Shown piece by piece: positions 49,141 to 58,577 of a DNA stretch of 64,000 nt (the stretch's first letter is position 1; each line of letters opens with the position of its first letter). A program made the position numbers and the translations under genes. The notes below the pieces were generated by a model. That model was not told where the DNA came from, did no database searches, and was given only the letters and a program-made list of their open reading frames with translations. Source of the DNA: Cenarchaeum sp. (GTDB lineage Archaea; Thermoproteota; Nitrososphaeria; Nitrososphaerales; Nitrosopumilaceae); contig OY843768.1 in assembly GCA_963693095.2 (NCBI GenBank), positions 1,184,001 to 1,248,000 of the forward strand, read 5' to 3'.

Positions 49141-50232
49141 CTATCGCCTGTCAGGCTCTAGCATCCACTTGCGAAAATTTGGGTCGTCGTGCGCATCTTG
49201 CGCGTCATGGTGCCGCATTGCGCCGCCCGCCGTTCCCTGCGACCCCCCTGCCACACTGACGTTCTCGCGAAGGTAGTTTAGCTGGTCAATGACGCCACGA
49301 TATGCGCTCTGCGCATACTTGCGCATCTCAGAGTTGAACAGGACCGTCTCATGGACTGACACGGGCGCGTGAAACCGTGGCACATACACGCCGGCAGGAT
49401 CAGTCAGGTACGTCAGGTGGCGCCCGGCAGGCTCAGACACCTTGTCAAAGGCCATTGCCGACGTGAGCATCTCGGCGCGTATGGTGGACAAGAGTGTCCA
49501 TGCGCTGCGCATCCCCCCGTCTCCGTCCCACTTTCGGTTCACGGCCGGATACCCGTGGAGAAAGCTCACATCGTCCCTTGCGAGGGTCACAGAGCCGTCA
49601 GCACGCCTAGAGTCGTACATGCCATGAGACCCCGGACCCAGCACGTCATCAGCCCTGCAAAAGAGGGCATTGTGCGTCACAAATGATCCTGCCTCGCTGT
49701 CATACCACGCGTCGTTCCAGACGTGCCTGTCAGGCACCTCCCACGGTATGCGAGTATCCCTTGGCGCCACAACGGGGACTTTGGAGGATGCGAGAACGAC
49801 GGATTTTTCCGTCACCTCTGTTGTGTGCCAGTGGCACTCGTTGTTCCCAAAGTCCGTGCGCGTCCCGCCTGGAGGTTCCTGTTCTGTTCCCTCCTGCGCT
49901 GCCCGCAGCGATTCCACAAGGCTCACCTGCGCGGCATACGCCTCGTTTGCCGCCCTCAGCTCGTGCATGACAGGGCCAGGATCCCCAAAGGCCAGATCGT
50001 ATGACACAAGGTGCCCTGCCCCGTCATCCCAGGACAGCTTTATGCCGCTCTTGCCGCGCCGTGTGGCCGTGTAGAGCCTGTCCCAGGCGATATCAAATAT
50101 GACGCCATGGCGCACGCTCACAAGGACGAGTCCGGCAGTCGTGATGTGCAGGATTGCGCTTCCGACATTTGCGCCCCCCTTGGTCTCAAATGCGGCCGTC
50201 TCGCGGGCGCTCTCGTCTGGCGTTGAGCCCAT
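49141..50232 (-). CDS. Hypothetical protein, N-terminal PH-like domain
   Basis: 363-aa ORF with TATA upstream; N-terminus resembles the 48746 protein. Confidence 0.55.
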   Translation of the reverse strand: MGSTPDESARETAAFETKGGANVGSAILHITTAGLVLVSVRHGVIFDIAWDRLYTATRRGKSGIKLSWDDGAGHLVSYDLAFGDPGPVMHELRAANEAYAAQVSLVESLRAAQEGTEQEPPGGTRTDFGNNECHWHTTEVTEKSVVLASSKVPVVAPRDTRIPWEVPDRHVWNDAWYDSEAGSFVTHNALFCRADDVLGPGSHGMYDSRRADGSVTLARDDVSFLHGYPAVNRKWDGDGGMRSAWTLLSTIRAEMLTSAMAFDKVSEPAGRHLTYLTDPAGVYVPRFHAPVSVHETVLFNSEMRKYAQSAYRGVIDQLNYLRENVSVAGGSQGTAGGAMRHHDAQDAHDDPNFRKWMLEPDRR

Positions 50233-50301
50233 GGCGGTGCGCGAATAAACTGAATTTAAGCTAAATATCGGCAGATCTCACGGCTAGCAGTCGAATTACC
50301 T

Positions 50302-50315
50302 TTAAATTGAAAATT
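50302..50315 (+). promoter_or_regulatory. Extended TATA motif TTAAATTGAAAATT
   Basis: 14 nt upstream of GTG 50330. Confidence 0.7.
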
Positions 50316-50329
50316 TACGCAGTGCTTTC

Positions 50330-50968
50330 GTGGAAACGGATACCATAGTGATAGTGGGAGGCGTTCTCGGGATGATGGGAATGCTCTGGGTCACGCATAT
50401 TCGTGGCAATGCCCAGCTGGACAAAAAGCTCGAGTCCGAGGGCAAGGCGAGGCGCGAGGAGATCGCCGATCTAAGGAAGGCGAGCGAGGCGGCGAACGAG
50501 AAGATCAGAGACGAGATGAAGGAGGGCTTTGGGTTGCTCCACGCCGAGATCAAGGCCGAGGGCGACGCGAGGAGTGCGGAGATCAAGGCCGAGGGCGACG
50601 CGAGGCGCAAGGAGCTCAAGGAAGAGGGCGACAAGCGGAGTGCGGAGATCGCCGATCTAAGGAAGGCGAGCGAGGCGGCGAACGAGAAGATCAGAGACGA
50701 GATGAAGGAGGGCTTTGGGTTGCTCCACGCCGAGATCAAGGCCGAGGGCGACGCGAGGCGCAAGGAGCTCAAGGAAGAGGGCGACAAGCGGAGAATCGAG
50801 ATCAACAATCTTCGAGAGGAGAGACGTGTGGACAATGAGCAAAGACACCGTGATAACAAGGAGCTAAACGGCAAGATCGAGAACTTGGCAGGCAGGTTCG
50901 AAGAGGTTCGAGACGTGCTCTTTAGGGCGATTGGTGTCCAGAGACACATGCTGCCCGAGCAGAAATAG
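50330..50968 (+). CDS. Membrane-anchored 11-aa-repeat coiled-coil protein (family member 2)
   Basis: N-terminal TM; internal duplication with units at 50458 and 50644 (186 bp apart); C-terminal LAGRFEEV. Confidence 0.78.
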   Translation: METDTIVIVGGVLGMMGMLWVTHIRGNAQLDKKLESEGKARREEIADLRKASEAANEKIRDEMKEGFGLLHAEIKAEGDARSAEIKAEGDARRKELKEEGDKRSAEIADLRKASEAANEKIRDEMKEGFGLLHAEIKAEGDARRKELKEEGDKRRIEINNLREERRVDNEQRHRDNKELNGKIENLAGRFEEVRDVLFRAIGVQRHMLPEQK

Positions 50969-51008
50969 CGTGCCGCAAGTCCCGCAACTGAGACCACATG
51001 ATGTGTGC

Positions 51009-52652
51009 CTACTTTGCGGACTTTTTGGCATCAGGGATCACGTCCCCCGAGTCGGCCTTGCTAGAGAGCCCACGCCTAATCGTGTCATCCACGTTGCCAG
51101 TGTTCGCCTTGTCGTCAGGTCGTTTTTGCGCATGCGCAGGCTTGCCGGATCGCGCCATGCCGGGCACTGGCCTGTTTACGTTGTCCTGCTTTAGGGATAA
51201 CATGGAACTACCATGCAGATCGCGCCAAAAGTCCTGACGGCCATGCCTTGCATAGTCTGTCGCACGCGAGCCAGTCGTTCGCGCAATTGTGTATCCACGC
51301 GTCGCAATGGCCGGAGTGTGTGACACGACTGAACGGATGCCAGACATCATGACTGTGGCGCCGAGTCCAGTTGTCGAGATGTGCTGCTGGACTGAGGACA
51401 TGATCCGCGATATCATCGGCGCGAGCATTGCGGGAAAGTATATCGCCAGAGCCAGCACGGCTAGTGCCATAAAGAACTTGCGAACGCCATGCGTGAGCTC
51501 CTGGATCGCCGGAGGCGGAACCATCATTCCGGAATTCCCGCACGCGGGGTCGTCATCGTCGGCATCGCACTCGCCTGCGCCCCGCCCGACGTCACTAGGG
51601 TCGATCACAACCTGCACGACGCCAAAGTCCCCGCTCTCCAGGTCAGCGAGGACCGCGACTCCTGCAGACACCGCAAGTGCCGAGAACAGCGGCACTATCG
51701 TCAGTGCCACTAGCGTGTCGCGCATGAGTGCCGTCACGCGCGCAAACTGTGGAAGCAGCGAGAGCGCAAGCACTAGGGGCACGGCGACTGCCAGGAGGCC
51801 CGTGAGGACATACCTGACGGTTCCAAGGATGAACGCGGTGAGCGTCATTGTGAGCAGCGCGATCGCCTTTAGAAAAAATAGCATGATCTCAGTCAGGAAC
51901 GCCGTGATGGTTCGCTCGTAGCCCTCCCCGATCGCCTGAAGCGCGCCGCCGCCCTCGCGCGCAGTCACAAAGTCCACAATGGACGAGAATGCGGCATCCG
52001 TAATCGCCGAGCCTGCGCTGCCAAACAGCCGCGCATAGTCGACCTCCGGATACTGGCCAGGGCTCATGTAGACCAGGAGTTTTTCAACCGTGTCATGCGC
52101 GCGCGATGGATCCTCCGGGTTTAGTATCCACAGCGACATCCACTCCACGGCATCGGCGATCATGTCCCAAAAGTGCGGAAAGACCATGATCACAATGAGG
52201 TAGAGCATCCCGTTGCCGAGTATCTTTGAGGCCGCGTTTGGCGGCACAATGTTGACCGATTCGAGGCCATAGCTCAGACCTGCCACAATTATGGCCACTG
52301 ACATGACAAAGAACGATATCGTGCGAAAGTTGAGGTACATGCCATATAGCGCGTTGCCCGGCTCGATTGACCCGTCAGCCGAGACGAGGGCATCAAAGCG
52401 CGGCATTGACGTAAAGAGAAAGAGGAACGTCGCGGAGAGCTCTTTTTGGAACAGGAGCGAGACTATTGCGATGCCCAAAAGTGCGGCGATTCCGGTGATT
52501 ATCAGGAGTGGTCCGGTGATGAGGCCGGCTCGCCGGTGCGCCACGCGTCGCTCGCGCAGCCGCACATGGCAGAGTGGCTCCATGCGCGCAGCAAGGCCGG
52601 CGACGGCATTGCGCGCGCGCAGCGTGCCCACATGGCGCAGTAGAGCCCTCAC
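51009..52652 (-). CDS. VirB6/TrbL-like polytopic membrane protein
   Basis: Multiple TM segments, GTVRYVLTGLLAVAVPLVLALSLLP, disordered C-tail; lies in the VirB4 cluster. Confidence 0.65.
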   Translation of the reverse strand: MRALLRHVGTLRARNAVAGLAARMEPLCHVRLRERRVAHRRAGLITGPLLIITGIAALLGIAIVSLLFQKELSATFLFLFTSMPRFDALVSADGSIEPGNALYGMYLNFRTISFFVMSVAIIVAGLSYGLESVNIVPPNAASKILGNGMLYLIVIMVFPHFWDMIADAVEWMSLWILNPEDPSRAHDTVEKLLVYMSPGQYPEVDYARLFGSAGSAITDAAFSSIVDFVTAREGGGALQAIGEGYERTITAFLTEIMLFFLKAIALLTMTLTAFILGTVRYVLTGLLAVAVPLVLALSLLPQFARVTALMRDTLVALTIVPLFSALAVSAGVAVLADLESGDFGVVQVVIDPSDVGRGAGECDADDDDPACGNSGMMVPPPAIQELTHGVRKFFMALAVLALAIYFPAMLAPMISRIMSSVQQHISTTGLGATVMMSGIRSVVSHTPAIATRGYTIARTTGSRATDYARHGRQDFWRDLHGSSMLSLKQDNVNRPVPGMARSGKPAHAQKRPDDKANTGNVDDTIRRGLSSKADSGDVIPDAKKSAK

Positions 52653-52750
52653 GAATGGCGTGCCAAAGTTTTCCTAAAATGCGCGCATGTGCCCATGGGC
52701 AGCCCCGGATCCCGCTTTAATGCAAAATATGCGCACATGTGGCGTGTGCA

Positions 52751-54595
52751 ATGCTCCTGCCGAGAAACGGGCCCCGTTTGTGTGGTCACTTGGTGCCCGT
52801 TCTGGCATGTGCAGCAGTGGCCATCGGAGCCGGCATCGCAGCCCATTGGGGCGCAGGCGAGCCGGCATCCGTTGCGTACACTGGCACCACGGGTGCGGGA
52901 ATCGGCATTGTGCCATCCTTTGGGCCGGTTCCCGCACACGGTTTTTCCCATGCGTCCCTGCCCCCCTTGCGCTCCATTGCGCACAATGACGGATTTGGCG
53001 AGATTGGCATAATGCCAGACACCATCCAAAAGGAGAGGTATGTCGAGCAGTACGTCGAGGTGTCCGGACGCGTGGAGGGCCAGCACAGGGGCGACGTTGA
53101 GATTACGCTGACCGGGCCGTCTGGGGAGACTAGCGTCCGCGTCGTTCCGGCAAGCTCGGAGGGGGAGTTTTCAACCGTCATTGCAGTAGGCTTTGAGACG
53201 CCCTCTGGAATCCACAGGATCGTCGCACGCGAGCCTGCGCGCAACGCGACGAGCCCAACGCTGGCGCTCTTTGTGCATGATCTCTCCGGAGTGCTAAACA
53301 GGGTTGACGTGGGATCGCACTCGCGCTCGTGCGTGGCGGCTGGCTCGTGCAACATGCCACAGGACATCCACGTGGCGCCGGGGGACACGGTGAGATGGCT
53401 CAATGCCGATGAGGCCGCGCACACCGTGGCAAGCCATGACAAAAGAACGCTCCCCTCTGGTGCTGCAGAACGCCTCTTTTACAGCTCGCTCATGGCTCCC
53501 GGTGACCTGTTCGCCCACAGGTTTGCCGAGCCTGGCACGTACGGCTATGCGTGCTCCATACACCCATGGGCCACCGGAACGGTGATCGTGGAGGCGCCAG
53601 AAAAGATCGACGCGCCCATTGCGCCAGAGTCCGCAGGGGCAACACGCGGTGCTGATGCCGTGCGGCCCACCGCGCCACTGCGCGCAGAGCGGGCCGAGGC
53701 GGCAATGTCAGTCGATATTATCGGAGGTGCGCGCGGGCCATACTCTCCAGGTGACACGGTGAGCATCATGGCCAGGCTCTCAGGCGAGCCAGACGTCATT
53801 GACGGCAAGGTGTACTATGAGGTGAGCGACCCGTCCGGTGAGAGCGTCTCTCGCGGCAGCGCGCGCGTCGGGGACTCGGCCGAGCTCCACCTTGCAGACC
53901 ATGCAGTCACGAGCGGTCACATGAACGGCACGCACACGTACAAGGCACTCGCCAGCGTGAGCACGGGCAGGACGCTAGTCGCATCCGGCGAGTTTGACGT
54001 GGCCGTCCCCGCAGCGTATGCTGCCGAGGAGGCAGTCGCGGAACCGCAGGGCGGCGGCTGCATGATAGCCACGGCGGCATACGGCAGCGAGCTTGCGCCA
54101 CGCGTGCAGCGGCTCAGGGAGGTGCGCGACTCGGTGGTCATGGAGACAGGCGAGGGCAGGGCGTTTATGGACTGGCTCAACGTGGCATACTATTCCGTCT
54201 CGCCGGCCATCGCCGATGCGCAGAGGGACATCCCCGAGCTTCGCGCGGCCATGCGCGTTGCAGTCTCCCCAATGGTCCATGCGCTAGGCATCCTAGAGCA
54301 TGCGGGGCACGGGAGCGCGCGTGACGTCGTGGCCCTCGGGACGCTTGCAATTCTGGCAAACGCGCTGATCTATGTCGGCGTTCCGGCAGCCGTGCTGTCC
54401 CTGGCGCGGCGCGCAAAGGCGCAGTTCTCCGCAAAGGCCGCAGCGTGCTCGCCGGCCAGGACGAGCATCGCCGAGGCTGCCAGGACGCGCGCGTCGGCCA
54501 GGCCCACGTGCGCCAGGACCGCCGAGAGTGCCACGATGCAAGAGGCCTCTAGGGCAAGGTGTGCAAGTGCCGCCCACGCCCCAAGGCGCAAGTAG
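52751..54595 (+). CDS. Surface protein with cupredoxin (plastocyanin-like) domain and CFI-box-CTERM
   Basis: GDTVRWLN..HTVAS..YACSIHPW; GGGCMIATAAYGSELAPRVQRLREVRD..F..YYSVSP plus TM. Confidence 0.85.
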   Translation: MLLPRNGPRLCGHLVPVLACAAVAIGAGIAAHWGAGEPASVAYTGTTGAGIGIVPSFGPVPAHGFSHASLPPLRSIAHNDGFGEIGIMPDTIQKERYVEQYVEVSGRVEGQHRGDVEITLTGPSGETSVRVVPASSEGEFSTVIAVGFETPSGIHRIVAREPARNATSPTLALFVHDLSGVLNRVDVGSHSRSCVAAGSCNMPQDIHVAPGDTVRWLNADEAAHTVASHDKRTLPSGAAERLFYSSLMAPGDLFAHRFAEPGTYGYACSIHPWATGTVIVEAPEKIDAPIAPESAGATRGADAVRPTAPLRAERAEAAMSVDIIGGARGPYSPGDTVSIMARLSGEPDVIDGKVYYEVSDPSGESVSRGSARVGDSAELHLADHAVTSGHMNGTHTYKALASVSTGRTLVASGEFDVAVPAAYAAEEAVAEPQGGGCMIATAAYGSELAPRVQRLREVRDSVVMETGEGRAFMDWLNVAYYSVSPAIADAQRDIPELRAAMRVAVSPMVHALGILEHAGHGSARDVVALGTLAILANALIYVGVPAAVLSLARRAKAQFSAKAAACSPARTSIAEAARTRASARPTCARTAESATMQEASRARCASAAHAPRRK

Positions 54596-54807
54596 AGCGC
54601 CCTAAAGATCGCGTTTGACTCGCGCAAGACGATCGTCATGCGCCCAAAGCCCAGGGTGTGCAGCGCGTCGGCCCAAAAGCACGCGACCCATACGGCCGTC
54701 GCGGCCACAAGAACCCAGTACGGAATGTCCCTGACTGTGCCAACTGCCAGAGCCGCGACTCCGACTGTCAATGCGGTGAGAAGCAGCGAGGGCAGCCTTA
54801 TGCGCAT
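54370..54807 (-). CDS. Small membrane protein (DUF5658-like)
   Basis: TM helices with D..HT..ESN.IF pattern; coupled to the upstream gene. Confidence 0.5.
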   Translation of the reverse strand: MRIRLPSLLLTALTVGVAALAVGTVRDIPYWVLVAATAVWVACFWADALHTLGFGRMTIVLRESNAIFRALYLRLGAWAALAHLALEASCIVALSAVLAHVGLADARVLAASAMLVLAGEHAAAFAENCAFARRARDSTAAGTPT

Positions 54808-55142
54808 CGCCGGCCGGTGTCCTTGCTCGCGGCATCGTCTGCGCCGTCCCTGCAGGGTCGCCGCCTGCCGCGCGGCTCGGAGAGGCGCAGCTTTGCTATC
54901 GCCGCGAGCATGAACAGCCCAAGAATCGCCACCACGATGGTTCGCATGTTGTCATTGAACCTGTCAAAGAGATCCTTAAACCCCGCGTACACGGTGTCAT
55001 TAGATTCCGTGCCGGCGAGAAACGTGATCAGTCCCGGACCTATTGACACGATTACTGCCGCAAAGATCATCGTTATGATGACCCCGTAGAGTTTCTCGCG
55101 CGTTTCGGCGTCCATGCTGTCTCGGCTGATTACCACGTACAT
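54798..55142 (-). CDS. Small 2-TM protein, possible VirB2/TrbC-like pilin
   Basis: EKLYGVIITMIFAAVIVSIGPGLITFL and MRTIVVAILGLFMLAAIAKL; next to the PrgI-like gene. Confidence 0.45.
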   Translation of the reverse strand: MYVVISRDSMDAETREKLYGVIITMIFAAVIVSIGPGLITFLAGTESNDTVYAGFKDLFDRFNDNMRTIVVAILGLFMLAAIAKLRLSEPRGRRRPCRDGADDAASKDTGRRCA

Positions 55143-55179
55143 GTCCCCACAAAATCAAATAAAAGCGCGATCGGCGCAA

Positions 55180-55857
55180 CTATCCGCGCTGCACGTCAAA
55201 GCTCTCAACGAGTATGCGGCGGCCCTCGACGCTGACTGTGAGCTCCTTGCGCCCAAAGGAGGTCACCACGGGGTATATCTCAAACTGCCCGTTGCTGTCT
55301 GACATTGCGGCATACTTGCGGCCATCAAAGACAACATCAGCGCGTGTCCTCGGATAGAGGCGTCCGGCCGAGTCGTACACCGTCACCTCTAGGGAGATCG
55401 GCGTGCCTAGCTTTGCCGCATACATGCGACGCGGCATTGCAAGGGCCGCCTCCGGACCGGCCGCCGCGCGCCTTGGCGAGAACTTTGCCGGAATGACGAT
55501 CAGGCCGTCGCCGTGGACATTGCCGTGTCGCGCCGAACGCCTCCCTTTGGTCGCGCTGCCCACCACGTGGCGCCTCAGGAAGAAGCGCAGTATCGCAAGC
55601 GCATGACGCTCCGGATAGAGCGCCTTTCTCTCCCTAGCCGCAATGTATGCCAGGAAGACCGAGGCCGGCGCAAGATGCCATGCCGGCCCAATGTATGCGG
55701 CATACGCGATGAGCGAGGCGAGGCCCATCAGGAGGAGCTGCTTTGGGGACATTTTTGACATGAACGGTATGGGCACTGGGAAGACCTTTTGGTTGAACGA
55801 GTTGATCGACCGAAAGTAGACCATGTCGATATAGTCTGTTCTGCGCACGACACGCAC
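55180..55857 (-). CDS. PrgI/VirB3-like membrane protein with C-terminal Ig-like domain
   Basis: MSPKQLL + two TM + PERHALAILRFFLR is PrgI-like; C-terminus ..SDSNGQFEI.. is a beta sandwich. Confidence 0.55.
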   Translation of the reverse strand: MRVVRRTDYIDMVYFRSINSFNQKVFPVPIPFMSKMSPKQLLLMGLASLIAYAAYIGPAWHLAPASVFLAYIAARERKALYPERHALAILRFFLRRHVVGSATKGRRSARHGNVHGDGLIVIPAKFSPRRAAAGPEAALAMPRRMYAAKLGTPISLEVTVYDSAGRLYPRTRADVVFDGRKYAAMSDSNGQFEIYPVVTSFGRKELTVSVEGRRILVESFDVQRG

Positions 55858-55899
55858 TCTTCAAAATACCTAAAAAAGGAGAATGTTGCGCGCGTGGGT

Positions 55900-56418
55900 C
55901 TAGTACCTAGAGGTCACCGTGACGGTCTCTTTGATCGTCGAGTCCGTTCCGGACGCAGTTGCCTTTACGCTCAGGACATAGGACGTTCCGGCCGCTATGT
56001 TGACTGACGGGGAGGTGCCCTCACAATTGCCGGCTTTGATCTGCTCGCTCACCCCATACGTGGAGCCGGGCTTGATCGTAGTCGTCGTGGTTGTTATTTT
56101 GGCGTCTGTTGGACTTGATCCGGCCTCGCATGCCCCCGTGAGCGTGATCTCTGGGTTTGCGAGCGGCGATGTTCCCGTGTTCTTTATGGACAGCGAGAGC
56201 ACGTCAGCGGCGTCTGTCTTTAGGAGCCGCGGACCCGTAAGGCCGATTCCCTCCTGCGTAGTCAGGACGTTTGTCTGCTGTGTCAGGAAATAGGCCACAC
56301 TGCCGGCAAGTCCTAGCGTCACGGTGATCGCAAGGGCCATGCCGATTATGTTGGAGGCTGCCCTCACTCGGCGTGCTGTCCACGGAGTGCGGTTTCGACG
56401 GTTGTTGCTTTGGCGCAT
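55900..56418 (-). CDS. Archaeal type IV pilin (probable major pilin)
   Basis: Basic leader RRVRA-ASNIIGMALAITVTLGLAG; SIKNTGT, IKPG, AGTSYVLSV. Confidence 0.82.
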   Translation of the reverse strand: MRQSNNRRNRTPWTARRVRAASNIIGMALAITVTLGLAGSVAYFLTQQTNVLTTQEGIGLTGPRLLKTDAADVLSLSIKNTGTSPLANPEITLTGACEAGSSPTDAKITTTTTTIKPGSTYGVSEQIKAGNCEGTSPSVNIAAGTSYVLSVKATASGTDSTIKETVTVTSRY

Positions 56419-56582
56419 TGTTGCAAACAGGCGAGAAAATCGCATAAAAGGGCGCACGCAGCGGATCATCGGCCAAACCACGGCGGATGCGGGGCAGTCT
56501 TGCCGCACTTGTGCCAAACCCGCGATTATTGGCCACAGTGTCGCATCATGCGCCCATTTAAGCAAAAGGCACACACGGCAGT

Positions 56583-58530
56583 GATGGACGCCAGGACAGA
56601 CTCGGCCCAAGTGTGCAGCCTAGTGGCGTGTGCGGCGTCAGCCGGCGCATATGTGATCGGCCACTGGCCGGCAGCACTTGCGGCATTCGTCGCGTGCGCT
56701 GCGGTGTTTGGCGCAACTGCGCTCCTTGGGGCACGGCGCAGCAGGACGCATCGCGCTCCGGCACGCCGAGGCGCCGTTGCGCGGCGCAGCAGGCCACGTG
56801 CTGGTGCTGCCAGGGTCGCGCGCAAGGCAGTCTCAGAAGCAATGTCCTCGATCGCCACGCGCGCAACGAGGGCGCTTGACCCGCTCATCAATGCGGGGGC
56901 GCTGCGGCGCACGTACGGCGGGCTAAACCCCAACATGGGCAGGAGCGTGGCGCTCTCTGGAATGGCGACAAACCTCGGGGCCTTGCGCAGGGAGGCCGGA
57001 GTGGCCCTTGTGGCATCAGTCGCACTCGCCGTTCCGGCAGCCATTGCGCTCGCGGCAATAACTAGCCGCGCCGAGCTTGCAGCACTTGCTGCCATACCTC
57101 CAGTCGCGGCGCTCTTTTACCCGCGCACAAAGCTCAGGCTTGCTGCCTCGGGGCGAAAGGCCGCCCTCGCCGACGAGATGACCTTTTTTGCAGTCTATTG
57201 CCTGCTCCTCGCCGGCGTCGGCAAGACGATGGCCCACGCGCTAGACGGCGTTGTCGGGCGCGGCATCTTTCCGGCCCTCGAGCGCGAGGCGCGCGTCATG
57301 GGCCGCGGGCGCACACTGGGCATGGGCAGCATTGCGGCACTCGGCGACCTTGGGCGAAACCACCCAAACCGCATGTTCGGGGACCTCCTCTGCGGGTATG
57401 TCGCCGCGTTTGGCGCCGGAGATCCCGAGGCCCACCTAAAGTCACAGGTCAGCGAGCTGCTCGGTCGCATGCGCCGGCGCCTCGAGGCATACAAGGAGCG
57501 CGCATCATCGCTATCTGTCATGGTCGTCTTTATGATGCTCTTTTTGCCGGTGATGGTCACGCCCGTGGCGTTCATAGCCGGCCCAAAGTCAGCCACGTTC
57601 CTCTCACAGATCGCCTTTATGGCCATGCCCCCAATGGCAGTCTCGGCGTGCATTATCGCGCACACGTCGCAGCCAAGGTTTGGCGACACGATCAGGATCG
57701 ACTGGAGGATTCCCATCTGTGCGGGCGCAGTGGCCGGAGTCGCCATCGCGCCGGCATCCCTGGGCATATGGACGATAATGGCAGCAGCATCGCTTGCGTT
57801 CTCGCTGTCCATGGTTGCGCTGACCCACAGGCAGCGCCGTGGTGCTGCGGCGATAGACTCGGGGCAGGGAATGTTCTTTCGTGACATGACATCGCGCATC
57901 AGCGCAGGTGACTCTAGTGTCTCCCATGCGCTTGCCGGCATTGTCGCATCCGGAACATCACAGTACGGGAGGCACTTTGGCGCCATTATCGAGCGCGCAA
58001 ACACGCGCATACGCCATGCCGGCGAGACGACACAGGACGTTCTTGCTGACACGGCCCACGGATCGTGGCTAGGGAGGTTTTCGTTCTTTTTGCTATCGCG
58101 AATTGCCGACACGGGATCTATTGACGCGTGGATACTGACACGGACGACAGAGTTTGTCGAGAGGTTTGTTCACGCAAAGCGCGACATTGCGTCTGCTGTC
58201 AGGCCATACATGCTAGTCTCGGCGGCATCCCCTGTCGCAATCGTTGCGATGACATGGTTTCTCAAGGGAATGCTCGCCGGCCTGCCTGACAGCGCTCCGG
58301 ACATTCCCGGACTTGGCGCGAGCATTGGGATAACGCGCATGAGCCTCACGCCGGGTTTTGACGAGGCGATCAATGCGTTGACTGTGGCTAGCGCAATATG
58401 CGCCAATGTTGCCGTCGGCAAGATATCTGCCATGAGCATAACGGATGCGCGTCCGCTCCTAGCCGGAACCATCGCCGCAATCGTGTCTATACTTGCCTCG
58501 TCTCACATTCCCGTTGGGAGCCCTGTCTAG
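56583..58530 (+). CDS. TadC/FlaJ-like (T2SSF) pilus platform protein
   Basis: Two T2SSF-like halves (LADEMTFFAVY..G..AL..LG..HP; GMFFRDM..G..AL), many TM; divergent from the pilin. Confidence 0.8.
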
Positions 58531-58549
58531 GCGTGAAATGGGGTGCGCG

Positions 58550-58577
58550 TTTGTGTAACATGATCTTGTTACACAAA
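58550..58577. promoter_or_regulatory. Perfect 11-6-11 inverted repeat TTTGTGTAACA-TGATCT-TGTTACACAAA
   Basis: Read directly; function (recombination site or operator) unknown. Confidence 0.55.

Larger units (their letters stand above)
33929..58577. mobile_element. ICE-derived T4SS plus type IV pilus module; no integrase, relaxase or att site seen
   Basis: VirB4, VirB6-, PrgI- and VirB2-like genes co-located with TadA, TadC, pilins and adhesins between bud32 and top6A. Confidence 0.6.

Noticed and set aside
44218-58530. Archaellum locus
   Set aside because: No FlaH, FlaF/G or chemotaxis genes; the pilins are not archaellin-like; VirB4/VirB6-like genes are present
33929-58530. Diversity-generating retroelement or provirus
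   Set aside because: No reverse transcriptase, TR/VR pair, capsid, terminase or portal motifs seen
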